DNA from: Leptogorgia sarmentosa
Taxonomy: Eukaryota
Length of the DNA stretch: 64,000 nt
Direction: 5' to 3'
NCBI GenBank assembly: GCA_964658305.1
Contig: OZ210885.1
Span: 3,162,001-3,226,000 of the forward strand
Translations under genes and position numbers: made by a program
Part shown: positions 37,201 through 49,555 of the stretch, piece by piece
Layout of the letters: the number at the start of each line of letters is the position of its first letter
How positions within the stretch are numbered: position 1 is the stretch's first letter
The notes under the pieces: generated by a model
Told to the model about the DNA's origin: nothing
Databases searched by the model: none
The model's input: the letters and a program-made list of their open reading frames with translations, nothing else

Positions 37201-40013
37201 TCGAATGTTAATTTTTGTCTAAACAAAATAATTGGTTTAATAATAATAATAATAAGCATTGATTTTCTATATTCCTGTCTGACATTGTTTGGGTAAATTT
37301 ATATTCACTCAGACGTGTCAGGGATATTGAAAAATGAACCAAACGAATTCGAAAAGAAATTGAAAGAATGGGTGCCGAAAACAGGAGATTGGAGTATTTG
37401 TTGGCGAGCAACGCGAGATGGTTTGGCTGCGAGTACATTTCATTCAAATTGTGATGGAAAATCACCAACCATAACTATCGTTCAAGTTATCAAAAACAGC
37501 AAAAAGTTTGTTTTCGGCGGTTATGCTACAGTGCCATGGGGGAGCTCCAGTAAGTTTGAAATGATTACAGTTATGTGAGTTACTATTTTAATCATGTATT
37601 AGGTTCTTATAATCTTCTCTTCGCTCCATCTTAACTGACTCTTACTGAACGACTATTTTATTAATTGGATTTGTTATCTGCATGGTCCGGCAATGACTAC
37701 AATTATTGTGATACAAACATTTGTTGATCAAATTTGACAAAAACATGATAAGAATCTGCTAAACGTTTGTCTCAGGCTTCAAGGTGAAAAATCTGAATGC
37801 GTTATCATGCATTTTGATGCATGCATGACATTTTGTTTAAATCCTGGCGTTATTTATGAATGTACAGTCTACAGTGCCCTGTAGTATAAAATGAATTGCC
37901 AATATATATACCATGATACCGTTCTGTCTTTAAACATGCAGCTATAGATGTCCAGGTAAATTTACAACTTCAATAATATGAACCAGCATACTTTTTAACT
38001 TTGGTTTACAGGGACTTTTCATAATTTCAATCTTATGCCTGAATGAGATAGCAGGGAGATTATTTAAAATCTGGCCTCGTATAAAGGAGTGCCATCTGAA
38101 ATGGGATTCGAGTAATTAAATACGCGTATTATTAGTAGGTGGTTTTCCACCAATGTGCTCATGTTTAGCCTACGTGGCACAATGTTAATTTAGCTCTTTA
38201 TACCGGACCGGTGTTAATTTAACAATTTATCACATCAAATTTACTCATTATGGAGAAAAAATTAAATCTTCATTCAGGGAGTTAAGGTCGTTTAATTTCT
38301 CCCATTCACACTGGCACCGCCCGCTCGAAATTTTCGGGATTGCTTTGAAACTGATTATCTTTATCACGACTGAAATACCCGATTACTAAGAGACAGAACC
38401 AGGGGCCGCGGAAGCACCTCAAAAGTGCGGGGGGTGGGGAGGGGGGGCACATTAAAAAAAGGGCACGGATGAAAAAGGGCACTTTCCTTTCAAAAAAGGC
38501 ACATTTACCCTTTGTCCAAAATTGTGGGGGGGGGGGGGGCACTTGCCCCCAATGCCGTAAAATACTGACATTAATGATTAATTACATTATTATATCAAGC
38601 GCACACTATATGACACAAAAGGCCCTATATAACACAAAAAGGGCACAAATCTAATCGAAAAAAGGGCATATTTTCTCGTTTTCAAAAAGTGGGGGAGAAC
38701 CGTGCCCCAGTACCCCCCCCCCCCCCCCTGTTCCGCAGTAATCATATCTGACCAAGGATTATTGTGTTTATTTTGACAGATGGTGCAGGGGTGGCGCCAG
38801 AAATTCCCCGACAGGGGGGCTATGGACCCCGACAGGGGGGCTGAGCCATTATGCTCTCGTGGCCACGCCCCAAAATTGTTATTTAAACGTTACATTTCCC
38901 ATGCAATTTTGACAACGTGTAGAATGGTATAATACACTATTAAACTATCGTACATATAGTTTAATAATTCTATACCAATGAATGAACAATTAATTTACAA
39001 ATTGAAAACAGAAAGCTAGGAACCGTATGAGGAATTCATCAAATGAATTTCTTTGTACTATAAATGATTTGATGGAAGACTTTAGGAAGTAATTTGTATT
39101 AGCTTTTTAGAATATTTTACAGCAATTACTATAAAACACATATAAACAGGCAACATTAACAGAAAAATATCACGCCATGGAATGTTCAACATTACGTTCA
39201 GAGTGCAATTCTACATTTAGGAAACCTAGCTTTGAACCTGTCAACTACAGTGTCTAAGTCCAGTTTGCTCCCTCGATCGCGATGAATTCCTAGCATCATC
39301 AGGCTGTCTAAACGTTCCTGTGCCATCACTGATCGAAGATCGTTCTCTATTAGCCGCATTGAGCTGAAGGTCCGGAAAGCGACTGGCGACAGCGGTTATA
39401 ACGCGCGCAAACTTTTATTTAAAGTTTAATTAAAGTATCTGTTCTCTGACATAAGATAAGGATTGGTAAAACGTTTTATCTTGTACAACGTTCATAAGAC
39501 AATATCTGTCAGAAGACATAATTCTAATGGCTACAAGCGTATAAGTACAACTGTCGTAACTTTCATCTTAATAATATATCTCCTGTTCTGTTCCCCGACG
39601 AATTGTCAGATTTTCCCCGACAGGGGGGCTAGGGTTCCCCGACGGGGGGGCTGTAGCCCCCCCTGCCCCCCCTCTGGCGCCACCCCTGAGATGGTGATTA
39701 CACATCTGCTCCAGGATCATTTTTGTTTTCTCTGCGCAATAAGGATAACCTTCCACCATTCAAGGCTCCGCTGAATGGCCGGAATGACGGGTATGCAATT
39801 TGGCATCACAGTGGATATGGACCAGTATTTGGTGGTGGTAGCGACTTGTACATTGCCAACGATGCGAAATCAAACACAAACTCCTACACGAATTTTGGCC
39901 ACACCTACCAAGCTCCATCTGGATACACTTACGACCAAGCCAACACAAAATCCCTCCTGGCAGGAAGCTATTCCTTCACTCCATCAGAAATCGAAGTCTT
40001 ATATCTAAATTAA
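31297..40013 (+). CDS. Copy 4: PAN-cbEGF(x4)-TLDc paralog; last-exon acceptor interrupted by a transposon (about 463 aa if the element is spliced out)
   Basis: Exons 31297-31408, 34067-34290, 34454-34463, 34900-35022, 35118-35240, 35400-35522, 36978-37094, 37313-37549. The terminal TLDc exon 39691-40013 is displaced from its original acceptor (38778-38779) by a 903-bp insertion. Confidence 0.72.
31948..32140. mobile_element. About 190-bp MITE in intron 1 of copy 4
   Basis: TIRs CAGGGCCGCCCAGAG and CTCTGGGCGGCCGTG; flanks TAAATTAC and TAACTTAC (degenerate 8-bp TSD). Confidence 0.75.
38400..38736. mobile_element. MITE-like insertion with truncated right TIR, in the last intron of copy 4
   Basis: Absent from the other copies (agacagagcagtaatc). 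It starts CAGGGGCCGCGGAA, ends TTCCGC (partial inverted match), and has internal AAAGGGCAC repeats. Confidence 0.7.
38786..39688. mobile_element. 903-bp non-autonomous hAT-type element at the acceptor of copy 4's last exon
   Basis: Perfect 16-bp TIR CAGGGGTGGCGCCAGA / TCTGGCGCCACCCCTG; 8-bp TSD AGATGGTG at 38778-38785 and 39689-39696; subterminal CCCCGACAGGGGGGCT repeats; no transposase ORF. Confidence 0.95.
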
Positions 40014-41346
40014 AAACCTACTAGTTATGCTACACCATAAAGTAATTTAAATAAAGTACCACGATATTATAATGATTTAACCGTATATGATGCCTACTAT
40101 CATTTAAACCCTGTGCTCTGTAAAACGCACCACTATTAACTTAAAAATTTTTGATTTAATGCGAAGTTTCCTACGCAGGCTCGATTCTTTAAAGGTCAAG
40201 CAAACATATTAACTATTGACTAGAAGAAAAACTAAATATTTCAGTCTAAACATAACAGTCATGTTTAATTGTTCACAAAATGAATGGGGGAGTATTTTCG
40301 GAGGGGGGGGGGTGGGGAGGGGTATGCCGTTGGGGAAAACGTAATTCCAGCACAGTTGACAAAATATTAACTTTATTAGACAATATAACATGAATAATAC
40401 GATGAAAATCATTATCCTATATGATGTATTCCAATTCCAAAGCCCAAATCGAATATGTATTATACAACGAAAGAGGTATAATATTACACCAGGAAAATGC
40501 CATTTCAGACGATCTAGAGATGTATCCAAATGTCTGTCAACCCCACCCCCCCCCCTCCCCCCACTTCAAATGTTGTTTGGCCGGTCCAGTCGGACAAAAT
40601 ATATTGTGCCCCCCTCCCCCCCCCCCAAACAAAATTGGGGCCGTACGCTCATGGATTCAGCTGGTCCCTTGGAGTTAAACTAACTGATGCCTTATTTGCA
40701 ATTTTTTGTATTTTTACTTAGGAATTCACAGGGATTTGAGGTATTGAACATTACACTATATACAAATACAAACACACATATATCCAATATATTATTTTTC
40801 TTTTATATTGTGCATAATGGGAAGATGATTGATATCTTACGTAAGGATCGAAAATGGTATTTACGTTATCAATGTTGTGCAGCTAATGTTATTTATCTTC
40901 CGAATTCCCACAACCTGCATATTTAAACTAATTTATTATGTTATTCAGCTGCGTAGCAGTTAAGTGTAGAGCATCACGTGTGAAAAACGTGCGATTTCAC
41001 GGCTGATAATTTTATGAATTTGGGAAGTTTACAATACAGCTGAAAAAAATATTTTTAGCTCATTGACATATTTACACAGGACCCACGTTTCGTTGCCAGC
41101 CTATATATATATATATATACTGCAACAGGGTCTGCACTCAAAATTCAAACATGCATGCAGGTCATTTACAGGTGTTATTTTCGATAGAGTTTTGTCGGGG
41201 GGAGGAAACCTAAACAAAATTTACTTGTTCTATATAGCTCAATCTGTTTTTCTTAACGCAGTCTATATTTTATATTATATAAATATCAGCAAGAATTAAA
41301 TGTTCTACTCGCCACCTAAAACATTTCGAGCAAAGGCGTGTTTTCT

Positions 41347-43334
41347 GGATGAAAAAGGGCACTTTCCTTTCAAAAAAGGCACATTTACCCTTTGTCCAAA
41401 ATTGTGGGGGGGGGGGCACTTGCCCCCAATGCCGTAAAATACTGACATTAATGATTAATTACATTATTATATCAAGCGCACACTATATGACACAAAAGGC
41501 CCTATATAACACAAAAAGGGCACAAATCTAATCGAAAAAAGGGCATATTTTCTCGTTTTCAAAAAGTGGGGGAGAACCGTGCCCCAGTACCCCACCCCCC
41601 CCCCCCCCCCCTGTTCCGCAGTAATCATATCTGACCAAGGATTATTGTGTTTATTTTGACAGATGGTGCAGGGGTGGCGCCAGAAATTCCCCGACAGGGG
41701 GGCTATGGACCCCGACAGGGGGGCTGAGCCATTATGCTCTCGTGGCCACGCCCCAAAATTGTTATTTAAACGTTACATTTCCCATGCAATTTTGACAACG
41801 TGTAGAATGGTATAATACACTATTAAACTATCGTACATATAGTTTAATAATTCTATACCAATGAATGAACAATTAATTTACAAATTGAAAACAGAAAGCT
41901 AGGAACCGTATGAGGAATTCATCAAATGAATTTCTTTGTACTATAAATGATTTGATGGAAGACTTTAGGAAGTAATTTGTATTAGCTTTTTAGAATATTT
42001 TACAGCAATTACTATAAAACACATATAAACAGGCAACATTAACAGAAAAATATCACGCCATGGAATGTTCAACATTACGTTCAGAGTGCAATTCTACATT
42101 TAGGAAACCTAGCTTTGAACCTGTCAACTACAGTGTCTAAGTCCAGTTTGCTCCCTCGATCGCGATGAATTCCTAGCATCATCAGGCTGTCTAAATTAAC
42201 TATTGACTAGAAGAAAAACTAAATATTTCAGTCTAAACATAACAGTCATGTTTAATTGTTCACAAAATGAATGGGGGAGTATTTTCGGAGGGGGGGGGGG
42301 GTGGGGAGGGGTATGCCGTTGGGGAAAACGTAATTCCAGCACAGTTGACAAAATATTAACTTTATTAGACAATATAATATGAATAATACGATGAAAATCA
42401 TTATCCTATATGATGTATTCCAATTCCAAAGCCCAAATCGAATATGTATTATACAACGAAAGAGGTATAATATTACACCAGGAAAATGCCATTTCAGACG
42501 ATCTAGAGATGTATCCAAATGTCTGTCAACCCCACCCCCCCCCTCCCCCCACTTCAAATGTTGTTTGGCCGGTCCTGTCGGACAAAATATATTGTGCCCC
42601 CCTCCCCCCCCCCCAAACAAAATTGGGGCCGTACGCTCATGGATTCAGCTGGTCCCTTGGAGTTAAAATAAATGATGCCTTATTTGCAATTTTTTGTATT
42701 TTTACTTAGGAATTCACAGGGATTTGAGGTATTGAACATTACACTATATACAAATACAAACACACATATATCCAATATATTATTTTTCTTTTATATTGTG
42801 CATAATGGGAAGATGATTGATATCTTACGTAAGGATCGAAAATGGTATTTACGTTATCAATGTTGTGCAGCTAATGTTATTTATCTTCCGAATTCCCACA
42901 ACCTGCATATTTAAACTAATTTATTATGTTATTCAGCTGCGTAGCAGTTAAGTGTAGAGCATCACGTGTGAAAAACGTGCGATTTCACGGCTGATAATTT
43001 TATGAATTTGGGAAGTTTACAATACAGCTGAAAAAAATATTTTTAGCTCATTGACATATTTACACAGGACCCACGTTTCGTTGCCAGCCTATATATATAT
43101 ATATATACTGCAACAGGGTCTGCACTCAAAATTCAAACATGCATGCAGGTCATTTACAGGTGTTATTTTCGATAGAGTTTTGTCGGGGGGAGGAAACCTA
43201 AACAAAATTTACTTGTTCTATATAGCTCAATCTGTTTTTCTTAACGCAGTCTATATTTTATATTATATAAATATCAGCAAGAATTAAATGTTCTACTCGC
43301 CACCTAAAACATTTCGAGCAAAGGCGTGTTTTCT
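41347..43334 (+). repeat. Tandem duplicate of 38467-41346 with an internal ~0.9-kb deletion
   Basis: 41347-42195 matches 38467-39312, including the orphan acceptor and the left half of the hAT element from 41669. 42196-43334 matches 40209-41346. Confidence 0.92.
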
Positions 43335-43433
43335 CTCGACCTCCCAAACTAGGCCCAATTCTTCACGAATCTGAACGGGAAATTCACCTCGAACAGGGGA
43401 TCTGCATGACGGGATATTGGCAACCGGCTCAAG

Positions 43434-43494
43434 TGACGTCAGAACATTATGATACGAAGAATATAAATAACCCAACACCCGCGTCTCATTCAGA
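43434..43494 (+). promoter_or_regulatory. Core promoter of copy 5: CRE palindrome, TATA and Inr-like motif
   Basis: TGACGTCA at 43434-43441, TATAAAT at 43462-43468 and TCATTCAGA at 43486-43494. The last motif is shared with the otherwise dissimilar copy 2/3 promoter. Confidence 0.55.
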
Positions 43495-43531
43495 AAGTAA
43501 AGTTTGGGCAATGAACGAAATATTTCGGAAA

Positions 43532-46500
43532 ATGGAGTTTCTTTTGTTTTTATCGGTGATGCTGCCATTGATCACTGCTTTGAGACCTTCAGAAGACGGA
43601 AAACCATGTACTCAGAGACATTTCAAGATGGCCTGTTCGGGTAATTATTTCAACATTATTACTTTCCACTTTTAATTGGCTTTTTGACGCCTTCGTAAAA
43701 CGTCGAACTGATATGATATTACGCTACCACGAAATTACTTTTTTATTGTCTATTCCAATTACGAAGTTGTTGCAAAAACGGAATCCTACATTTTATCTTG
43801 GGGATGAATTTTCTTATCATTTGGATAGAGACGATAAAGAATATTGTTTTTGTCTCAAGTGTTCATACTTTTGTCATTCTTGCATGCAGAAATAATAATA
43901 TAAAAATCACTTAATTACTGGGTGTGAAAATCTAATTATAAGGCTGATAAAATATACAGTATAGTGATATTGAGCCATTGAATTGGGAACATGCAAGAAC
44001 AACAGGTTGCGTGCTTGCACTGTAAGTCAAAAACAATGTTAAATTCACGACCTATTTATGGAATTGCATCTTCACGTGACAGCGAAAAATTTTATTTTAG
44101 TTTTGCAGTCAGCGCCATCCTATGTATTGTCGTTAGTTTTTTGTTGTTCATTTCTAAATTATTTTTATTATTTTTTTTCCTCAGCACGCTTTTTATTTTG
44201 TATGTTTTGAAGTCCTTGTGCGGAAATGTTAAATAGAATCTGTTTGACAATAACACAAAATACACTGAGAATATATGGACACAACGTCATTTATTTATGT
44301 GCAAGTTTGAGAATGCTAAAGCGTGCGTTCCACAGACTATACAATGCTTATTTAATATTTGGCCAAAACAGCAAACCGGTCGATAAACTAAAGTTTTATA
44401 GAACTCGCAGATAGTGTAAATGTGCGACTTGGTGTTCGATTCAACAAACATTTACAGACACTAATGAACGTCTGTGTTTTATCATATTAATTTTTGACCT
44501 TATTTGTCGTTTCAGACTGAAATCCTTGCACAACTGGGCGCTGGTGCATGTATGATAAGAGAAACTTAAGACTCATGATTTGTTGGTCGATAAACTAAAG
44601 TTTTGTACAACTCGCAGATCTTGTAAATGCGCGACTTCGTATTCGGTTCACATTCATATGTGTTTCTTTTAATTTTTCTGACAGACTGAAATCCTTGCCC
44701 AACTGGGCGCGGGTGCATGTATGATAAGAGAAACAGTTGGTCGTAAAATTCATCCAAAATAAATGTTCAGCTAAGCTAGCGCTGTGTGCATTACAAATGT
44801 TACAAATATATACTTTGAATACAGATATACTTAGTATATACTTTGCATAACTTGACGCAGGTGCATGCATAAATAAGACAAACTTAGACTAATGACCTGT
44901 CGGTCGTAAAATACATCCGAATTAAATGTTCAGCTAAGATACGTACATTATAAATAATTATTTTAAATACTACATGTTTTAGACTGGAATGTACTTTGAA
45001 CAACTGGGCAACTGACATCGCAAATATGTCCATGCTAAAGCTCTATAAAACAGCTATATTTTAACCCTATTTTTATTTGATAGCTCCAAAACTTCATTTC
45101 CTTCAGAGGCGCACCATGAGTGTCAATTTCAACGCATGTTGTGTTTTTTGACAGGAAACCAAGCACTTCGCCCATCAAACTTGATCTCAAGTCACAACGT
45201 TGATCTTTTGGCAGAATGTCATCTTCATTGTGTAAATGCAAGCAATTGTTACGGTTATAACTTCAGAGTCAGACCTAGCAGTGTTTATACAGTCAACTGC
45301 CAGTTGAGTAACAGCTCCGTGAAAATGAACATGACAAAGATGAGAAATGGATCTTGGAATTTCTACGAGGATGTTTTGGTAAGAATAAACATAATCCTGA
45401 TTTGTGAGGGATTTGTACAGGGATAATTTCGGCATTACCAAATGATTCTATATTGGAGGAAAATTCTACGTCTATAAAACGGGCCTCCGCGTTGAACTCG
45501 TCGCTGCACGATTTTCTTACAGTAAATTTTGTCACCCCATAGGTCACTAAAGGTAAGCAAAAATTATGAATTGATGCAGAGTCCTTCAATACAGGTAAAC
45601 GCATAAATAAATAATTCGATAAACGTATTTCATGAATTATTGAAAGCTAGTCTGAGGATGCCACTTTTCGAGCAGAGGATCTTCTAGGGAGGGAGGATAG
45701 TTGTCAAGGCTAAGTTGAATTTTGTTGTATCGTTTAGACAGTGGACGGAATCTTGATGTAGGCTACTATAATCCTATTGTTCCCTACCTATGCTACATAC
45801 ATACCTAAAAATTGCTATTTATTATCATAAGACTTAGTGTTATATAGAATGCTTTGGTCTGAACAGCCTTTGTTTCTTTAGCTTTGTCCTTGGACTTGCA
45901 TGTAACTTTTGACTGCCTAAGTTTGGCAAGGACCTATTAGTACATTCGAATTGGAAAATTTTCACGATTTTAATTTTGATTATTTCAGACATTGATGAAT
46001 GTGCTCAGGAAAGTCACACATGTCATTTCAATGCAACATGTATGAACACTCCAGGTTCTTACGACTGTCAGTGTAGAAGTGGATACACTGGAAATGGTCG
46101 CACTTGTGCAGGTACTTGATATTTGTGATAAAAATTGTAACTAGTAGCATTACTAATGGTGCATATAAGTAGGATGCGCTATTGCAACGTTTACATTTAC
46201 TTTCAGACAATCAGACCACATCAACTTGAATTAGATTAATGAGCTCGTTCATTTTGTCATTATGTTACAGATATTGACGAATGTCGGGACAAATCCAATC
46301 ATTGCGACTCGAATGCAAACTGTACAAATACTGACGGTTCATACAAATGTAAATGCAATCAAGGTTACCGAGGAAATGGACACAATTGTACAGGTAAATA
46401 TCGAAACTGTTGTTTTGTATAATGGTAGCAATCTACAGGCAGGGCGCTTCAGATAAAATTCGGGCCCAGGAGAAGTTAAACTTGGGGACTGCATGTGAAG

Positions 46501-49500
46501 TCAGAAGTGCAGAAGTTTCGCGACACTGAACTTGCTGCCGGTCTACAAACGTTTAGGAAATTAGACTAAACAATCATTTGAGAACAGCGATTCTATTTTA
46601 AAACAACTTTGCTATATTTCATTTAAATTCGCTTCCTCTGCCGCGTTACATTATTCAGACGAATTGTGAAGTGATGTATGTAACTTCTCAATTTATTCAC
46701 AAAAGCAATAATAACGCGCGTTTAACAAAAAAAAGAGCGGTTTCTTTTGGTATCGTATGCTAATATATTATGGGCACTTTAATATAGTGCTGTGCTCTGA
46801 CAAGTACATATAGTATTAAAGCAGGGACGTAAATATCGAAGATGGCTGGGGTGAGGTGTTCATGAAAATCAGACCGACCAATTGCTGATATGCGAATTTA
46901 GACCGACTACAGCTAAAACTAGTTAATACTACCAATAACTGTTTTTTTACGAAAAATATACAATGTATTTTATAGTTGTGATATAACGGGCTGTAGTTTG
47001 TAGCAACGGTTAAAGAGGTGTAGCCATCCAAGATATTCGGTCGGTCTCATCAAGTAATTGTTTATGATTTATTTTCAGACTGAGTCTAATCAATTTTGAG
47101 ACCGACTATAACATTTTATTGGCGGGAGGGGGTATGTTTCACCCCCCCCCCCCCCCCCTCACACCCCACCACCACAGTTACGCCCCAGAGCTCATATGCG
47201 CAGTCTTGCTACGGAACGAAGCTGAATTAGAATATTATAATTTTTCTTGTTAATTCATTCATTCAAATTTACTTCTCCATTCTGAAACTTTTTCCCATTT
47301 GAAGTATACGATATGTTTTTCGGTGATCAAGTACGCGCAAATACGTTAATATTTTTATTCATGTATGAGAAACTGCTTGGACATTACCGTTTTAGACAGT
47401 CATTTATTTGCGATCTAGTTCCATAAGTTTTATTCAAACAGGTCATGAAATTAGTTGATCACTGTATGCTCGCTTGTCAGCAATTCCTTTTTCTTCCATG
47501 GATGTTTCTTATAGTTTTTCAGTTGTTAACGAATCTATGATTCTTGTAGCTAATTATGGTGAAGCATCGAGCAGTTCAATAAAGAGCAGAAATATAAAAT
47601 AATTTAGACAAGATCTAGAAACAAAATATATAACTTCGTAAGATCTTATTTAATTTGTTTAACTTCGTCATTTGTTTCTAGAAGTTTGTTAAACTGAAAA
47701 ATTTATGACTTTCTTATTTTTAATTTTTCAGACATTGACGAATGTTCTGAAGGCAGCCATGGCTGTCACGCTGACGCAACCTGTAACAACACTCAAGGAT
47801 CATACAGTTGCACGTGTCCCAGTGGAAAATATTGCCACAACATCAAAGGTGATTTATGTTTTAGTGAGATTAACATGTATTCAAGTTTCTTTGGGTCAAT
47901 TGTTAAGAGTGTGGAAATGTGTTTCCATGTCTGGAAGGAACGTTAAATTGTTTTATCGAATGTTCATTTTTCTCTAAACAAAATAATTAGTTTAATAATA
48001 ATAATGACAATAATAATAATCATATATTACTATATACCTTACTATATATGCCTGACTGAAATTGTTCGGTTAAATTTATATTCACTCAGACGTGTCCGAG
48101 ATATTGGAAAATGAACCAGTAGAATTCGAGAATAAGTTGGGAGAATGGTTGCCGAAAACAGGAAATTGGAGCATATGTTGGAGAGCAACACGAGATGGTT
48201 GGGCTGCGAGTACATTTCATTCAAATTGTGATGGGAAATTACCGACCATAACTATCGTTCAAGTCATCAAAAACAGCAAAAAGTTTGTTTTCGGCGGTTA
48301 TGCTACAGTATCATGGAGGAGCTACTACAACTGTAAGTTTGAAATGATTACAGTTATATGAGTTATTATTTTAATCATGTATTAGGTTGTTATAATCTTA
48401 TCTTCGCTCCATCTTAACTGACTCTTACTTTTATTAATTGGATTTGTTACCTGCATGGTCCGGCAATGAATAAAATTATTGTGATACAGAGATTTGTTGA
48501 TGAAATTGGACAAAAACACGATAAAAATCTGCCAAAAGTTTGTCTCAGGCTTCAAGGTGAAAAATCTGAATGCGTTATCATGCATGTTGATACATGCATG
48601 ACATTTTGCTTAAATCCCGGCGTTATTTATGAACGTACAGTCTGCAGTGCCCTGTAGTATAAAATAAATTGCCAGTATATATACCATGATACCGTTCTGT
48701 CTTTAAACATGCAGCTATAGATGTCCAGGTAAATTTACAACTTCAATAATATGAACCAGCATACTTTTTAACTTTGGTTTACAGGGACTTTTCATAATTT
48801 CAATTTTATGCCTGAATGAGATAGCAGGGAGATTAGTTAAAATCTGGCCTCGTATAAAAGGAGTGGCATCTGAAATGGGATTCGAGTAATTAAATACGCG
48901 TATAATTAGTAGGTGGTTTTCCACCAATGTGTTCACGTTTAGCCTATACGTGGCTGCCACGACGTGGCACAATGTTAATTTAACTCTTTATACTGGACCG
49001 GTGTTAATTTAACAATTTATCACATCAAATTTACTCATTATGGAGAAAAAATTAAATCTTCATTCAGGAGTTAAGGTCGTTTTATTTCTCCCATCCACAC
49101 TGGCACCGCCCGCTCGAAATTTTCTGAATTGCTTTGAAACTGATGATCTTTATCACGACTGAAATACCCGATTACTAAGAGACAGAGCTGTATATCATAT
49201 CTGACCCAGGATTGTTGTGTTTATTTTGACAGATAATCAATGGTCATCTGCTCCAGGATCATTTTTGTTTTCTCTGCGCAACAAAGATGACCTTCCACCA
49301 TTCAAGGCTCCGCTGAAAAGCGTGAACAGCGGGCACGCACTTTGCTGGCGCAGTACACATGGACCAACATTTGGTGGTGGTCACGACTTGTACATTGCCA
49401 ACGATGCGAAATCAAACACCAACTCCTACACGCATTTTGGTCACACCTACCAAGCTCCATCTGGATACACTTACGACCAAACCAACACACGATCCCTCCT

Positions 49501-49555
49501 GGCAGGAAGCTATTACTTCACTCCATCAGAAGTCGAAGTCTTGTATCTAAATTAA
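43532..49555 (+). CDS. Copy 5: secreted PAN-cbEGF(x3)-TLDc protein with a divergent (type B) signal exon, about 423 aa, intact
   Basis: Exons 43532-43640 ([19 protein letters not shown]; an in-frame upstream ATG lies at 43511), 45155-45378, 45543-45552, 45989-46111, 46271-46393, 47732-47848, 48090-48332, 49233-49555. Total 1272 nt, GT-AG throughout, no stop seen. Confidence 0.88.

Noticed and set aside
38786..39688. Autonomous transposase in any of the TIR elements
   Set aside because: There is no long ORF or DDE-like sequence; ORF 39463-39774 is read-through of low-complexity element ends.
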